28,056 nucleotides of DNA, taken from positions 1 through 28,056 of IMG/VR virus record IMGVR_UViG_3300005526_000023; one strand, 5' to 3'. Below the pieces are notes generated by a model. The model was not told where the DNA came from. It made no database searches and saw only the letters and a list, made by a program, of their open reading frames with translations. The translations under genes were made by a program, and so were the position numbers. This DNA is from a virus (lineage: Duplodnaviria > Caudoviricetes). Shown one piece after another: positions 17,307-25,941 of this stretch (its first letter is position 1; each line of letters begins with the position of its first letter).

Positions 17307-20279
17307 GTGGCCACTTACCGAGGTGCAGCAGGAGCCGCGTCGAACAACTCGCTCAGTTCGCTTCCCGTCACCCTTCCTGCCGGATGGCAGCCAGGCGACT
17401 TCTGTATCATCGCCGGCGGCATCAACTCAGCTACCGCAACGTTCACCGATCCTGCTGGATGGACGCTGTCCGAGAAGGGAGCACTGTCTTCCGGAGGACT
17501 TTCGTACTTCTACTACTGGAGAATCCTTCAAGCCGGAGATACGGATCCAGTAGTCGTATCTTCCGTTTCCGGGCCTTACCGGTACATGTCTGCTGCTTAT
17601 ACTCCGGCGGCGGGCAGGAAGTTCCAGTTCGACGCTAACGGAGTGGCGGCCAACGTCACCACCGCCGGAACATCAATTACTCCTCCGTCCTGCTCCTCAA
17701 GGGCCGCCGGAAGCGTGTCAATCCTCGTCACGATGGGACGGGGAAGCGGCACTGTCACGCAGACAGCTTTCACCAACACTCCTACGACGAACTACACCAA
17801 CGGAAACCCCTTCTGGGGCCCGACCGGAATCAGCTACACCGGGCATCCGTTCATCGTGAACCAGCACGCCCTCAACGCCCAGAACATCTCGACGTTGAAC
17901 CCCAGTGCGGAGACAGTGGCTTCCACGCCAGCTAACACATATTTCATGTCTTCAATGCACTACAACGTCACTGAGGTTGCTGCTGAGAACTGGACAGCCG
18001 AAGGCGGCACTGACGCTACTCCCATCACCACCGGGAACAGCGGCGGCGCCTCAGGTGACGCGCTCGATTACGCAAGCATCGGAAGCGGTGCCACCCTGAA
18101 CTATGAGACCGCACAGAAAGCTCATGGTTCCCTGTCTGCTGCGGTTGCTGTTGGCGTAACGTCCACTACCTGTTACTTCGGTTGGTTGACGGCGCACGCC
18201 AGACTTTATGCAAGGTTCTATGTGCGCTTTCCTAGCGTTCCGACAGCGAACACGAGATTCTTCGGGTTCTACAGCAGCGGGCCGATCACGACAGTCGCCG
18301 CTTTCCTTCGGTACGCCACCACAGGCAAGCTGGTTGTCTGTGATTCGGCCTCGGCGACTCAGTGGACAAGCACGAACAACCTGCCGCTTAACCAGTGGAT
18401 CCGTATCGAATTCTGGGCTTACGCGAACGCTACTGCCGGGCAGTTCAAGATCAGCTATTACAACACTCCCGACAGCGACACCCCGACGGAGACGTTCACC
18501 AGTCCGGCGACTCTCAACCTCAGCACGACGATCGCTGCCGTGATAGCCGGGATTTCCATCGCGCAGGCGAGCGTGCCAAAGTTCTGGATAGACGATCTCG
18601 CATACAGCAATCTCGAGCAGCCGAACGTGGCGCTGTCTTCAGGTACGGTCGCGATAAGCCTGAAGAAGATGGGCGTAGCTGGCGCCGGTACCGGGAGCTC
18701 TGCGTTTTCCGGTGCTGTAGCGCTGAAGAAGATGAAGGTTGCCGGTTCAGGTGCTGGGAGCTCTGCATTTTCTGGTGCTATCGCGCTGAAGAAGATGCGA
18801 GTCGCGGGTTCAGCAGCGACCGTGCCTGTTTCATTTTCTGGTGCCATCAGTCTCAAGAAGATGCGAGTCGCGGGTTCAGCAGCGATCGTGCCTGTTTCAT
18901 TTTCTGGTGCCATCGCACTGAAGAAGATGGGCGTCTCCGGTTCAGGTGCCGGCAGTTCCGCATTTTCTGGCGCCGTGTCCATGAAGAAGATGGGCATTGC
19001 CGGAACGGGCTCGGTTTCCTCGATCAACAACGTTACTGTTAGCATCGCGCTCAAGAAGATGATCGTTTCCGGTACCGGTGCCGGAACATCGTCCGTAACT
19101 GGCGCGGTGAAACTCAAGAAGATGTCCGTGGCCGGCACAGGGTCGGTCATGGTTACGGTTTCAGGCTCCGTCAGCCTGAAGAAGATGGGTGTGTCGGCTA
19201 CCGCGACCGGCATATCCACTGCCTCCGGAGGCGTCACTCTTAAAAAGGGATCCATCTCAGGTTCGGCTGCCGGCATTTCGTCCGCCGCGGGTGCCGTCAA
19301 GCTGAAGAAGATGGGCATTTCCGGGTCGGCATCGGTAGCTGTCTCAGCCGCAGCAGCTGTCGTCATGAAGAAGATGGTCGTGTCGGGCGCCGTAACGTGC
19401 ACGACTGTCGCTTCTGGCGTTGTCGGCCTGAAGAAGTGCAGAATCTCTGGTTCAGGGACTGGGATAGCCACGGTCAGCGGTGGTCCCTCTCTGAAGAAGA
19501 TGGGCGTCTCCGGAGCAGTAGTTGTTATAACCGTCGGCATCGGCAACGTCTCCCTCAAGAAGATGGGAGTCTCGGGGACTGGGCCCGTGACTTCTGTCGT
19601 CTCAGGAGCTATCGTCCTGAAGAGGATGAGCGTTGCCGGTGCTGGCCAAGGAAGCTCGGCAACTGCCGGTGCCGTGTCCATGAAGAAGATGAAGATCCTC
19701 GGTAGCGGGGAGAAGCTCATCTTCGTGGATGGCTACGTGCGCATGAAGAAGATGGGCGTAGCTGGCACCGGTACCGGTAGTTCCGCGCTTTCTGGCACTG
19801 TGAATCTGAAGAAGATGTCGATTGCTGGCTCTGTCACCTGTAGATCCGCTACTACAGGAGCCATCAGCCTCAAGAAGATGTCTATCTTCGGATCCGGGGA
19901 GAAACTCAACTTCGTCATAGTCGATATACGCATGAAGAAGATGGGCATAGCTGGCAATGGCGCCGGCGTATCCACTCTCACAGGCGTAATCGTCTTGAAG
20001 AAGATGATCACCCTCGGAACTGGCCAGGGACTAGTTGTAGTCACCGGTAATGTGCGTCTGAAGAAGATGCGAGTATCCGGTTCCGTCCTGGTAACGTCTG
20101 TGGCGACGGGCTCTGTGTCTCTCGTCAAAATGGGAGTTTACGGAGAGGGTTCTGTAACGGAGGCGGAAGTCTCTGACTTCTCCGGCAACGTCGCCATGAA
20201 GAAGATGAAGGTTACTGGTCGTGGTGGACTTCTTGTCACCGGCCGTTCTTCTCAGTTGTTCATCTTCTCTCCACTATAA
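17307..20279 (+). CDS. Fibre-like virion protein: N-terminal beta-sandwich/lectin-like domains plus 25 x ~21-aa [LM]KKM repeats
   Basis: 990-aa ORF. YARFYVRF...WIRIE...FWIDDL lectin-like segment. Repeats counted from the translation. Confidence 0.75.
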   Translation: MATYRGAAGAASNNSLSSLPVTLPAGWQPGDFCIIAGGINSATATFTDPAGWTLSEKGALSSGGLSYFYYWRILQAGDTDPVVVSSVSGPYRYMSAAYTPAAGRKFQFDANGVAANVTTAGTSITPPSCSSRAAGSVSILVTMGRGSGTVTQTAFTNTPTTNYTNGNPFWGPTGISYTGHPFIVNQHALNAQNISTLNPSAETVASTPANTYFMSSMHYNVTEVAAENWTAEGGTDATPITTGNSGGASGDALDYASIGSGATLNYETAQKAHGSLSAAVAVGVTSTTCYFGWLTAHARLYARFYVRFPSVPTANTRFFGFYSSGPITTVAAFLRYATTGKLVVCDSASATQWTSTNNLPLNQWIRIEFWAYANATAGQFKISYYNTPDSDTPTETFTSPATLNLSTTIAAVIAGISIAQASVPKFWIDDLAYSNLEQPNVALSSGTVAISLKKMGVAGAGTGSSAFSGAVALKKMKVAGSGAGSSAFSGAIALKKMRVAGSAATVPVSFSGAISLKKMRVAGSAAIVPVSFSGAIALKKMGVSGSGAGSSAFSGAVSMKKMGIAGTGSVSSINNVTVSIALKKMIVSGTGAGTSSVTGAVKLKKMSVAGTGSVMVTVSGSVSLKKMGVSATATGISTASGGVTLKKGSISGSAAGISSAAGAVKLKKMGISGSASVAVSAAAAVVMKKMVVSGAVTCTTVASGVVGLKKCRISGSGTGIATVSGGPSLKKMGVSGAVVVITVGIGNVSLKKMGVSGTGPVTSVVSGAIVLKRMSVAGAGQGSSATAGAVSMKKMKILGSGEKLIFVDGYVRMKKMGVAGTGTGSSALSGTVNLKKMSIAGSVTCRSATTGAISLKKMSIFGSGEKLNFVIVDIRMKKMGIAGNGAGVSTLTGVIVLKKMITLGTGQGLVVVTGNVRLKKMRVSGSVLVTSVATGSVSLVKMGVYGEGSVTEAEVSDFSGNVAMKKMKVTGRGGLLVTGRSSQLFIFSPL
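18660..20220 (+). repeat. Coding tandem repeat, about 63-66 bp period (AAGAAGATG core)
   Basis: 25 degenerate units, including a near-identical 66-bp pair starting at 18789 and 18855. Confidence 0.9.
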
Positions 20280-20415
20280 CAAGCTTCGGCACCGTTCCCG
20301 CTGCGGAGCCGAGTCCTATCCCTTTACCTTAGGAGGCGATTCAGACAACAACACGAGCAAGACCGTTCTTCATCTAGGGGGAAGTACCCCAAACAAAGAA
20401 GTGGAGTACACGCAA

Positions 20416-21222
20416 GTGAAGAAGATCCTACTCGCTACCGCAGCGGCTGGCTTCATGGCACTGTCGATCGGTGTCCCGGCGGCTTCGGCTACGGTGACGC
20501 CGTCGCCGACTCCGACGCAGCAGCAGTTCCAGCACCCGCCGAGGGTGCAGCTGCTTCCGCAGCAGTTCGAGATCGCCCGGACCGATGTCGGTGCCCGTGA
20601 CCTCAACACCGTTCTCGCTCGCGGCCCGGTCCGCCTGACGGACGGCAACGACACGGTTCTCGGCGGCAACCTGTTCCGGCACATCCTGGACGACCGGGGC
20701 GTCAACTCGGTCAACCTCCGTCACAGCCCGCTGGGTCTCCCGCAGCTCTACCCGGGAACCTGCTCGGCGGCGCTTCTGCAGACGGTCGGCTGGACGTTCA
20801 ACGGCGGCCAGGGCATCTACCGCAACGAGACCGGCAGGGGTACGGCGATCGTGAGCCTGCTCGCCTCCGGGCACGTGCGGAACTTCAAGTCCTGGAGCTG
20901 GAACGACGGCTGGAACTACAGCCAGAACCTCAACTCGAACTACAGCCGTAACCTGCGGGTCTGCCCGCTCGACGGCCTGACCCGGGCGCAGGTCCTGGCC
21001 CAGATCATCCGGCACCTCCGCGGTCTCCCGACCGTGGTGCAGTTCGACCAGGTGTCGCTCAACGTCCAGGGACGTGGCGTGGCTTCCCAGCCGCGTCTCG
21101 TTCGCGACCCGTGCCAGTACCAGACCGACGGCCCGACCCTCGGCGCGTACCACGGCGACCCGACCCCGGCTCCGCGTAGCACCTGCTACGAGACCGCGGT
21201 TCCCATCGAGTCCGCTGCCTAA
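20416..21222 (+). CDS. Secreted protein with Sec signal peptide
   Basis: GTG 20416 after GGAG gives MKKILLATAAAGFMALSIGVPAASA, with an AxA cleavage site, followed by a TPSPTPT linker. Very high GC3. Confidence 0.75.
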   Translation: MKKILLATAAAGFMALSIGVPAASATVTPSPTPTQQQFQHPPRVQLLPQQFEIARTDVGARDLNTVLARGPVRLTDGNDTVLGGNLFRHILDDRGVNSVNLRHSPLGLPQLYPGTCSAALLQTVGWTFNGGQGIYRNETGRGTAIVSLLASGHVRNFKSWSWNDGWNYSQNLNSNYSRNLRVCPLDGLTRAQVLAQIIRHLRGLPTVVQFDQVSLNVQGRGVASQPRLVRDPCQYQTDGPTLGAYHGDPTPAPRSTCYETAVPIESAA

Positions 21223-21253
21223 CCAGCAGCCCTAGCATCACCTGAGTAAAAGC

Positions 21254-21330
21254 TCCGGGGGCGTCGTCTACCCTGCATGTCGGTCTGTGCCGTCAAGTAC
21301 TGATCGATGTGACGCGGCGGCGCCCCCGGA
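21254..21330 (+). terminator. Long intergenic hairpin
   Basis: TCCGGGGGCGTCGTC pairs with GGCGGCGCCCCCGGA. Inner CATGTCGGTC/GATCGATGTG stem with G-U pairs. Confidence 0.55.
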
Positions 21331-21352
21331 CCCGTTCTTGAGAGGAGGGTTG

Positions 21353-22045
21353 GTGGCTACTCCTACGATGGAAGAGCGCCGGACGATGGCTAAATCCGGC
21401 GTCGCGATGCCTGATGGATCGTATTACATCAGGAATGCTGGTGAACTCGACGATGCGATTGCTGCGGTCGGCCGGGCTACGCCCAATGCCGGAGAAAGCG
21501 ACGTCGCTCGCCGCAATTCGGTTCGCCGGCACATCATGAAGAGGGCCCGAGCCCTTAACCTCGCAAGCAAGATCCCTGACACCTGGAACCCGGACGGATC
21601 ACTCAAGCATTCCGAGATCGACGGTCTCATGGACGAGATCGACACGTTCCTGGAGCACTTCGGCGTCAAGGGCATGAGGTGGGGCGTGCGCCGTCGCCGG
21701 ACTGGGTCTAGTCCCTCAAGTCGCCCTTCCGGTCCTGTTTCTCAAGACGCCGCCAGAGCCGCTAGGCTTCAGACCCGGGTTAGCCAGCACGGTACCAGGT
21801 CACTGACCAATGCCGAGCTCCAGACCCTGGTCACCCGTCTGAACCTGGAAACCCAGCATGGCAGGCTGGATCCGAAGAAGGTTAACGCCGGTCAGGCCTT
21901 CATCAGCGATGTCGGCAAGAACATCGTCAAGCAGGAGGCGGCGAACCTCGTTTCCCAGTACGGCCGTAAGGGTGCGGCCTGGCTTGCCGGGATCGCCGCG
22001 GCGAAGGTCTCCGGGATGATCATCAAGAAGGCTGTGGCAGGATGA
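21353..22045 (+). CDS. Probable internal virion/head protein with HFGVKGMRWGVRR motif
   Basis: SD GAGGAGG. N-terminal AMPDGSYYIRN...VRRHIMKRARAL domain, then LEHFGVKGMRWGVRRR and a basic C-terminal half. Start approximate. Confidence 0.65.
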   Translation: MATPTMEERRTMAKSGVAMPDGSYYIRNAGELDDAIAAVGRATPNAGESDVARRNSVRRHIMKRARALNLASKIPDTWNPDGSLKHSEIDGLMDEIDTFLEHFGVKGMRWGVRRRRTGSSPSSRPSGPVSQDAARAARLQTRVSQHGTRSLTNAELQTLVTRLNLETQHGRLDPKKVNAGQAFISDVGKNIVKQEAANLVSQYGRKGAAWLAGIAAAKVSGMIIKKAVAG

Positions 22046-22572
22046 GAACCGAAGATCTGAAACCAGGCACCGTCCTGGTCACCCGCTCGGAAGGATTCGC
22101 TGCCTGGTGGATCCGATTCGGTTCGGCGATCAGGAACAAGCCAAATCTCGGCAATCACGTCGCGGTCGTTCATCACCGGGACGCAGAAGGAACTTTGTGG
22201 GCGATTGAGGGAAAGCCCGGTGGCGTCGGATGGGTGGACGCTAAGGGCTATCTCGATAGCAAGTGGACCCACAGCAATGCTGATCAGCCGCTTACCGAAG
22301 AGCAGCGGTACTTGATCGCCGTGGCGATGGAAAAGATGCTCGGTACCGCCTACGACTGGGAGTCCATCGTCGCTGACGCTTTTACCAACCTGGGCATGCG
22401 CCTTCCTGGCTGGGATTCCAAGTGGAAGCACGACGAGGTTGCCGGACAGGTGGTCTGCAGCAGTGCGGCGGCGTACGCCTACGGCAGATCGAAAGCAAAG
22501 CATCCGCCCGGCGACAGAGGATGTCAGCCGTCTGATTGGACGGAATGGATCCTCACGCGAGGCTGGATGTGA
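22042..22572 (+). CDS. Permuted papain-like NlpC/P60 (YiiX/YebB-like) amidase/peptidase
   Basis: LKPGTVLV...NHVAV (His first)...YDW...VVCSSAAAYAY (Cys last). ATGA coupling. Confidence 0.75.
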   Translation: MRTEDLKPGTVLVTRSEGFAAWWIRFGSAIRNKPNLGNHVAVVHHRDAEGTLWAIEGKPGGVGWVDAKGYLDSKWTHSNADQPLTEEQRYLIAVAMEKMLGTAYDWESIVADAFTNLGMRLPGWDSKWKHDEVAGQVVCSSAAAYAYGRSKAKHPPGDRGCQPSDWTEWILTRGWM

Positions 22573-22612
22573 CGTAAGAAGGAACGACCAACGTACAAGG
22601 TAAGGAGAACTC

Positions 22613-22849
22613 ATGCCGGCTCAGAAGAAGGCCACGACGACCGACGAACCGAATCCGATGGCATTCGGCATCGCTGCCCTCAAGTGGATGGACGGCGCAT
22701 CGGAGCAGGTCGCTGAACTCCGGGAACAGGGGGGAGTCCCTACGCTTGGGATCGACGTGCACGCTCAGGATTACCTGACGCGGATCGGCAGGCTGCTCGA
22801 CGAGGCCAGGGCGGACCTCATACCGCAGCTTCCCGCCGAAGAGACGTAG
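22613..22849 (+). CDS. Hypothetical protein (78 aa)
   Basis: SD TAAGGAG. Confidence 0.7.
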   Translation: MPAQKKATTTDEPNPMAFGIAALKWMDGASEQVAELREQGGVPTLGIDVHAQDYLTRIGRLLDEARADLIPQLPAEET

Positions 22850-22883
22850 CGAGCATATCTTCTGTCGTTAAGAAGAGGTCAAC

Positions 22884-24629
22884 ATGAGTCTTTCGAACAC
22901 GGCTACGCCGAGATATTACGGCGAGTTTCGTGCCGCCGTTCTCCGTGGCGAGATTCCGGTCAACCTGGAAATCTCCATGGAGATGAACCGCATCGACATG
23001 CTCATCGAGGACCCGAACTTCTACTACGACAGCGATGCGATCGAGGGGTTCATCAAGTACTGCGAGAACGAGCTGACGCTAACTGATGGAAGCGACTTCC
23101 ATCTGCTCGACACGTTCAAGCTCTGGGCAGAATCCCTGCTCGCGTGGTTCTACTTCGTCGAGAGAAGCGTCTACGTTCCGAAACCGGACGGCCACGGCGG
23201 AAGTTACGTCCGTAAGGTCATCAAGAAGCGGCTGCGCAATAAGCAGTACCTGATCGTGGCTCGCGGTGCGGCAAAATCGATGTACGCGGAGTGCATTCAG
23301 AGCTACTTCCTGAACGTCGACGTTTCTACGACTCATCAAGTCACCACTGCTCCAACGATGAAGCAGGCCGAAGAGGTGATGTCGCCGTTCCGGACGGCTA
23401 TCACCAGGGCGAGGGGACCGCTGTTCCAGTTCCTCACGGAAGGCTCTCTTCAGAACACGACAGGGTCGAGAGCTCTCCGCGTTAAACTCGCCTCTACCAA
23501 GAAAGGCATCGAGAACTTCCTCACGGGATCGCTCCTTGAGGTCAGACCTATGTCCGTGGCCAAATTGCAAGGCTTGCGGCCTAAGGTCTCGACCATTGAC
23601 GAGTGGCTTTCCACGGACGTTCGTGAGGACGTTATTGGTGCTCTTGAACAGGGAGCATCGAAGCTTCCTGACTACATCATCGTGGCGACAAGCTCCGAAG
23701 GCACTGTCCGGAACGGCAGTGGCGATACAATCAAAATGGAGCTTCAGGACATCCTCAGGGGTGATTACCCGAACCCGCACGTTTCTATCTGGCATTACAA
23801 GCTTGACGAGCTGGAAGAGGTTGCTAACCCGGCGATGTGGCCGAAGGCCAATCCCAACCTCGGAAAGACTGTCAGTTACGAGACGTATCAGCTGGATGTC
23901 GAGCGAATGGAGAAAGCTCCTTCCACTCGTAACGATATTCTGGCCAAGCGGTTCGGGATTCCGATGGAAGGGTACACCTACTTCTTTACCTACGAAGAGA
24001 CCCTCCCCCATCGACGGCATGAGTTCTGGCGGATGCCTTGCTCCATGGGCGCTGACCTCTCTCAGGGAGACGACTTCACGGCTTTCACCTTCCTCTTCCC
24101 GCTTCCAAACGGGACGTTCGGAGTGAAGACGAGAAGCTATATTTCCAGTCTCACGATGATGAAGCTGCCTGGCGCAATGCGTGCCAAGTACGACGAGTTC
24201 ATCGAAGAAGGCAGTCTGCATGTTCTCGAGGGCGCGATCCTCGACATGATGGAGGTCTACGACGACCTGGAGCGTTTTATCCTGGCAAACGAGTATGAAG
24301 TTCGCTCGTTCGGTTACGACCCCTATAACGCAAAGGAGTTCGTGACCCGCTGGGAGCAGGAGAACGGTCCGTTCGGGATCGAGAAAGTCATACAGGGCGC
24401 CCGGACTGAATCGGTGCCCCTCGGGGAGCTTAAGACGCTTTCCGAAGAGCGGATGCTGGTTTTTGATCAGCTGCTCATGTCTTTCGCAATGGGCAACGCG
24501 ATCACGGTTGAAGACACGAACGGCAACAGGAAGCTCCTCAAGAAGCGTTACGAGGAGAAGATCGACAACGTCGCTGCGATGATGGACGCTTTCGTGGCGT
24601 TTAAGCTCAACAAGGATTCCTTCGACTAG
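22884..24629 (+). CDS. terL: Terminase large subunit
   Basis: Walker A VARGAAKS, Walker B TIDEW, WPKANPNLG, nuclease motifs GADLS, YDPYN, KIDNVAAMMDA. Located directly before the portal. Confidence 0.93.
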   Translation: MSLSNTATPRYYGEFRAAVLRGEIPVNLEISMEMNRIDMLIEDPNFYYDSDAIEGFIKYCENELTLTDGSDFHLLDTFKLWAESLLAWFYFVERSVYVPKPDGHGGSYVRKVIKKRLRNKQYLIVARGAAKSMYAECIQSYFLNVDVSTTHQVTTAPTMKQAEEVMSPFRTAITRARGPLFQFLTEGSLQNTTGSRALRVKLASTKKGIENFLTGSLLEVRPMSVAKLQGLRPKVSTIDEWLSTDVREDVIGALEQGASKLPDYIIVATSSEGTVRNGSGDTIKMELQDILRGDYPNPHVSIWHYKLDELEEVANPAMWPKANPNLGKTVSYETYQLDVERMEKAPSTRNDILAKRFGIPMEGYTYFFTYEETLPHRRHEFWRMPCSMGADLSQGDDFTAFTFLFPLPNGTFGVKTRSYISSLTMMKLPGAMRAKYDEFIEEGSLHVLEGAILDMMEVYDDLERFILANEYEVRSFGYDPYNAKEFVTRWEQENGPFGIEKVIQGARTESVPLGELKTLSEERMLVFDQLLMSFAMGNAITVEDTNGNRKLLKKRYEEKIDNVAAMMDAFVAFKLNKDSFD

Positions 24630-24639
24630 GGAAGGAGGG

Positions 24640-25941
24640 TTGGCATTGGGCAAACGCATGGACCGCCTCAGGCATGCCTGGAACGTGTTCTTTTCTGAAG
24701 AGCAGACTCGCGACTCTCGTGTTTCGTCAGTGGATCTTGGGCCGGCATATTCCTGGCGTTCAGACCGTCCTCGATATTTGTACACGAACGAGCGAACGAT
24801 CGTCTCCTCGGTCTACACCAGACTCGCGATCGACACCGCTGCTGTCCCGGTTCTTCATGTGCGGCTGGACGAGAACGGCCAGTACCAGGAAGAGATCGAT
24901 AGCGGCCTGAACAACTGCCTGACCATCGAGGCGAACCTCGACCAGGCGGCGACGATGTTCCGTCAGGATCTGGCGCAGACGCTGTTCGATCAAGGCGTAG
25001 CCGCCATTCTTCCGGTCGACACGACGCTCAACCCGCTGGTAACCGGCGGATACGACATCTCGACCATGCGGATCGGCAAGGTTGTTCAGTGGTATCCGAA
25101 GCATGTCACGGTCCGGGCCTACAACCAGAACAGGGGGATTCCGGAAGACGTAACCGTCCCGAAAGAGATGGTCGCGATTGTCGAGAATCCTCTCTACTCG
25201 GTCATGAACGAACCGAACTCAACGCTTCAGCGTCTTCTCAGGAAGCTTTCACTTCTCGACACCGTGGACGAGCAGAGCGCTTCTGGGAAGCTGGACATCA
25301 TCATTCAGCTGCCTTACGTCATTAAGACTGAAACGAGGCGTGCTGAAGCGCAGAAACGGCTGAGGGAGATCGAGTTCCAGCTGAAGGGCTCGCAGTACGG
25401 AATCGCTTACACGGATGGTTCCGAGAGGATCACTCAGCTGAACCGGCCTGCTGAGAACAATCTGATGGGCCAGGTTGAGTACTTGACGAAGATGCTTTAC
25501 AGTCAACTCGGCCTTACCGAAGAAGTGATGAACGGCACGGCGGACGAAGCGGCGATGATCAACTACTACAACCGCTCCGTCGAACCGATTCTCACTGCCA
25601 TGACCGAAGCCATGACCAGAACGTTCCTGACCAGAACAGCAAGGACGCAGGGTCAGGCCGTCATCTATCTCCGTGATCCGTTTAAGCTCGTCCCAGTATC
25701 GGTACTTGCGGAGATCGCCGACAAACTCACCAGGAACGAGATCCTTTCGTCCAACGAAGTCCGCAGCATCATCGGCTTCAAGCCATCCAGCGACCCTAAC
25801 GCTGACAAACTCCAGAACAAGAACATCCCCCAGCAGGCTCCAGTGTCGAAGCCGATCGGAAGAGTGCCATCTCAAGCATTGCCATTGATGCCGCACGTCC
25901 CGTCGATACCACGAGGAGCAAACAGTCAAAATGGAACCTGA
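24640..25941 (+). CDS. Portal protein (HK97-like)
   Basis: Between terminase and protease-capsid genes, 433 aa, ILSSNEVRSIIG motif. TTG start with AAGGAGG SD. Confidence 0.88.
   Translation: MALGKRMDRLRHAWNVFFSEEQTRDSRVSSVDLGPAYSWRSDRPRYLYTNERTIVSSVYTRLAIDTAAVPVLHVRLDENGQYQEEIDSGLNNCLTIEANLDQAATMFRQDLAQTLFDQGVAAILPVDTTLNPLVTGGYDISTMRIGKVVQWYPKHVTVRAYNQNRGIPEDVTVPKEMVAIVENPLYSVMNEPNSTLQRLLRKLSLLDTVDEQSASGKLDIIIQLPYVIKTETRRAEAQKRLREIEFQLKGSQYGIAYTDGSERITQLNRPAENNLMGQVEYLTKMLYSQLGLTEEVMNGTADEAAMINYYNRSVEPILTAMTEAMTRTFLTRTARTQGQAVIYLRDPFKLVPVSVLAEIADKLTRNEILSSNEVRSIIGFKPSSDPNADKLQNKNIPQQAPVSKPIGRVPSQALPLMPHVPSIPRGANSQNGT

Noticed and set aside
18458-19720. 420-aa minus-strand ORF with periodic IFF/IFL repeats
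   Set aside because: Mirror image of the AAGAAGATG coding repeat.
18660-20220. Regular ~63-bp periodicity as a CRISPR array
   Set aside because: Units are degenerate, in frame and protein-coding, with no constant 25-40 bp repeat. The Cas4-like nuclease has no cas context.
20221-20415. Upstream extensions given in the ORF track (also 21287, 13959, 9648)
   Set aside because: Downstream starts have better SDs and sensible N-termini, and the extensions cross hairpins or neighbouring genes.
23079-24785. Long minus-strand ORFs (568 aa here; also 2730-3740, 4086-5018, 26702-27955)
   Set aside because: Antisense shadows of GC3-rich + strand genes with clear motifs. No recognisable domains of their own.
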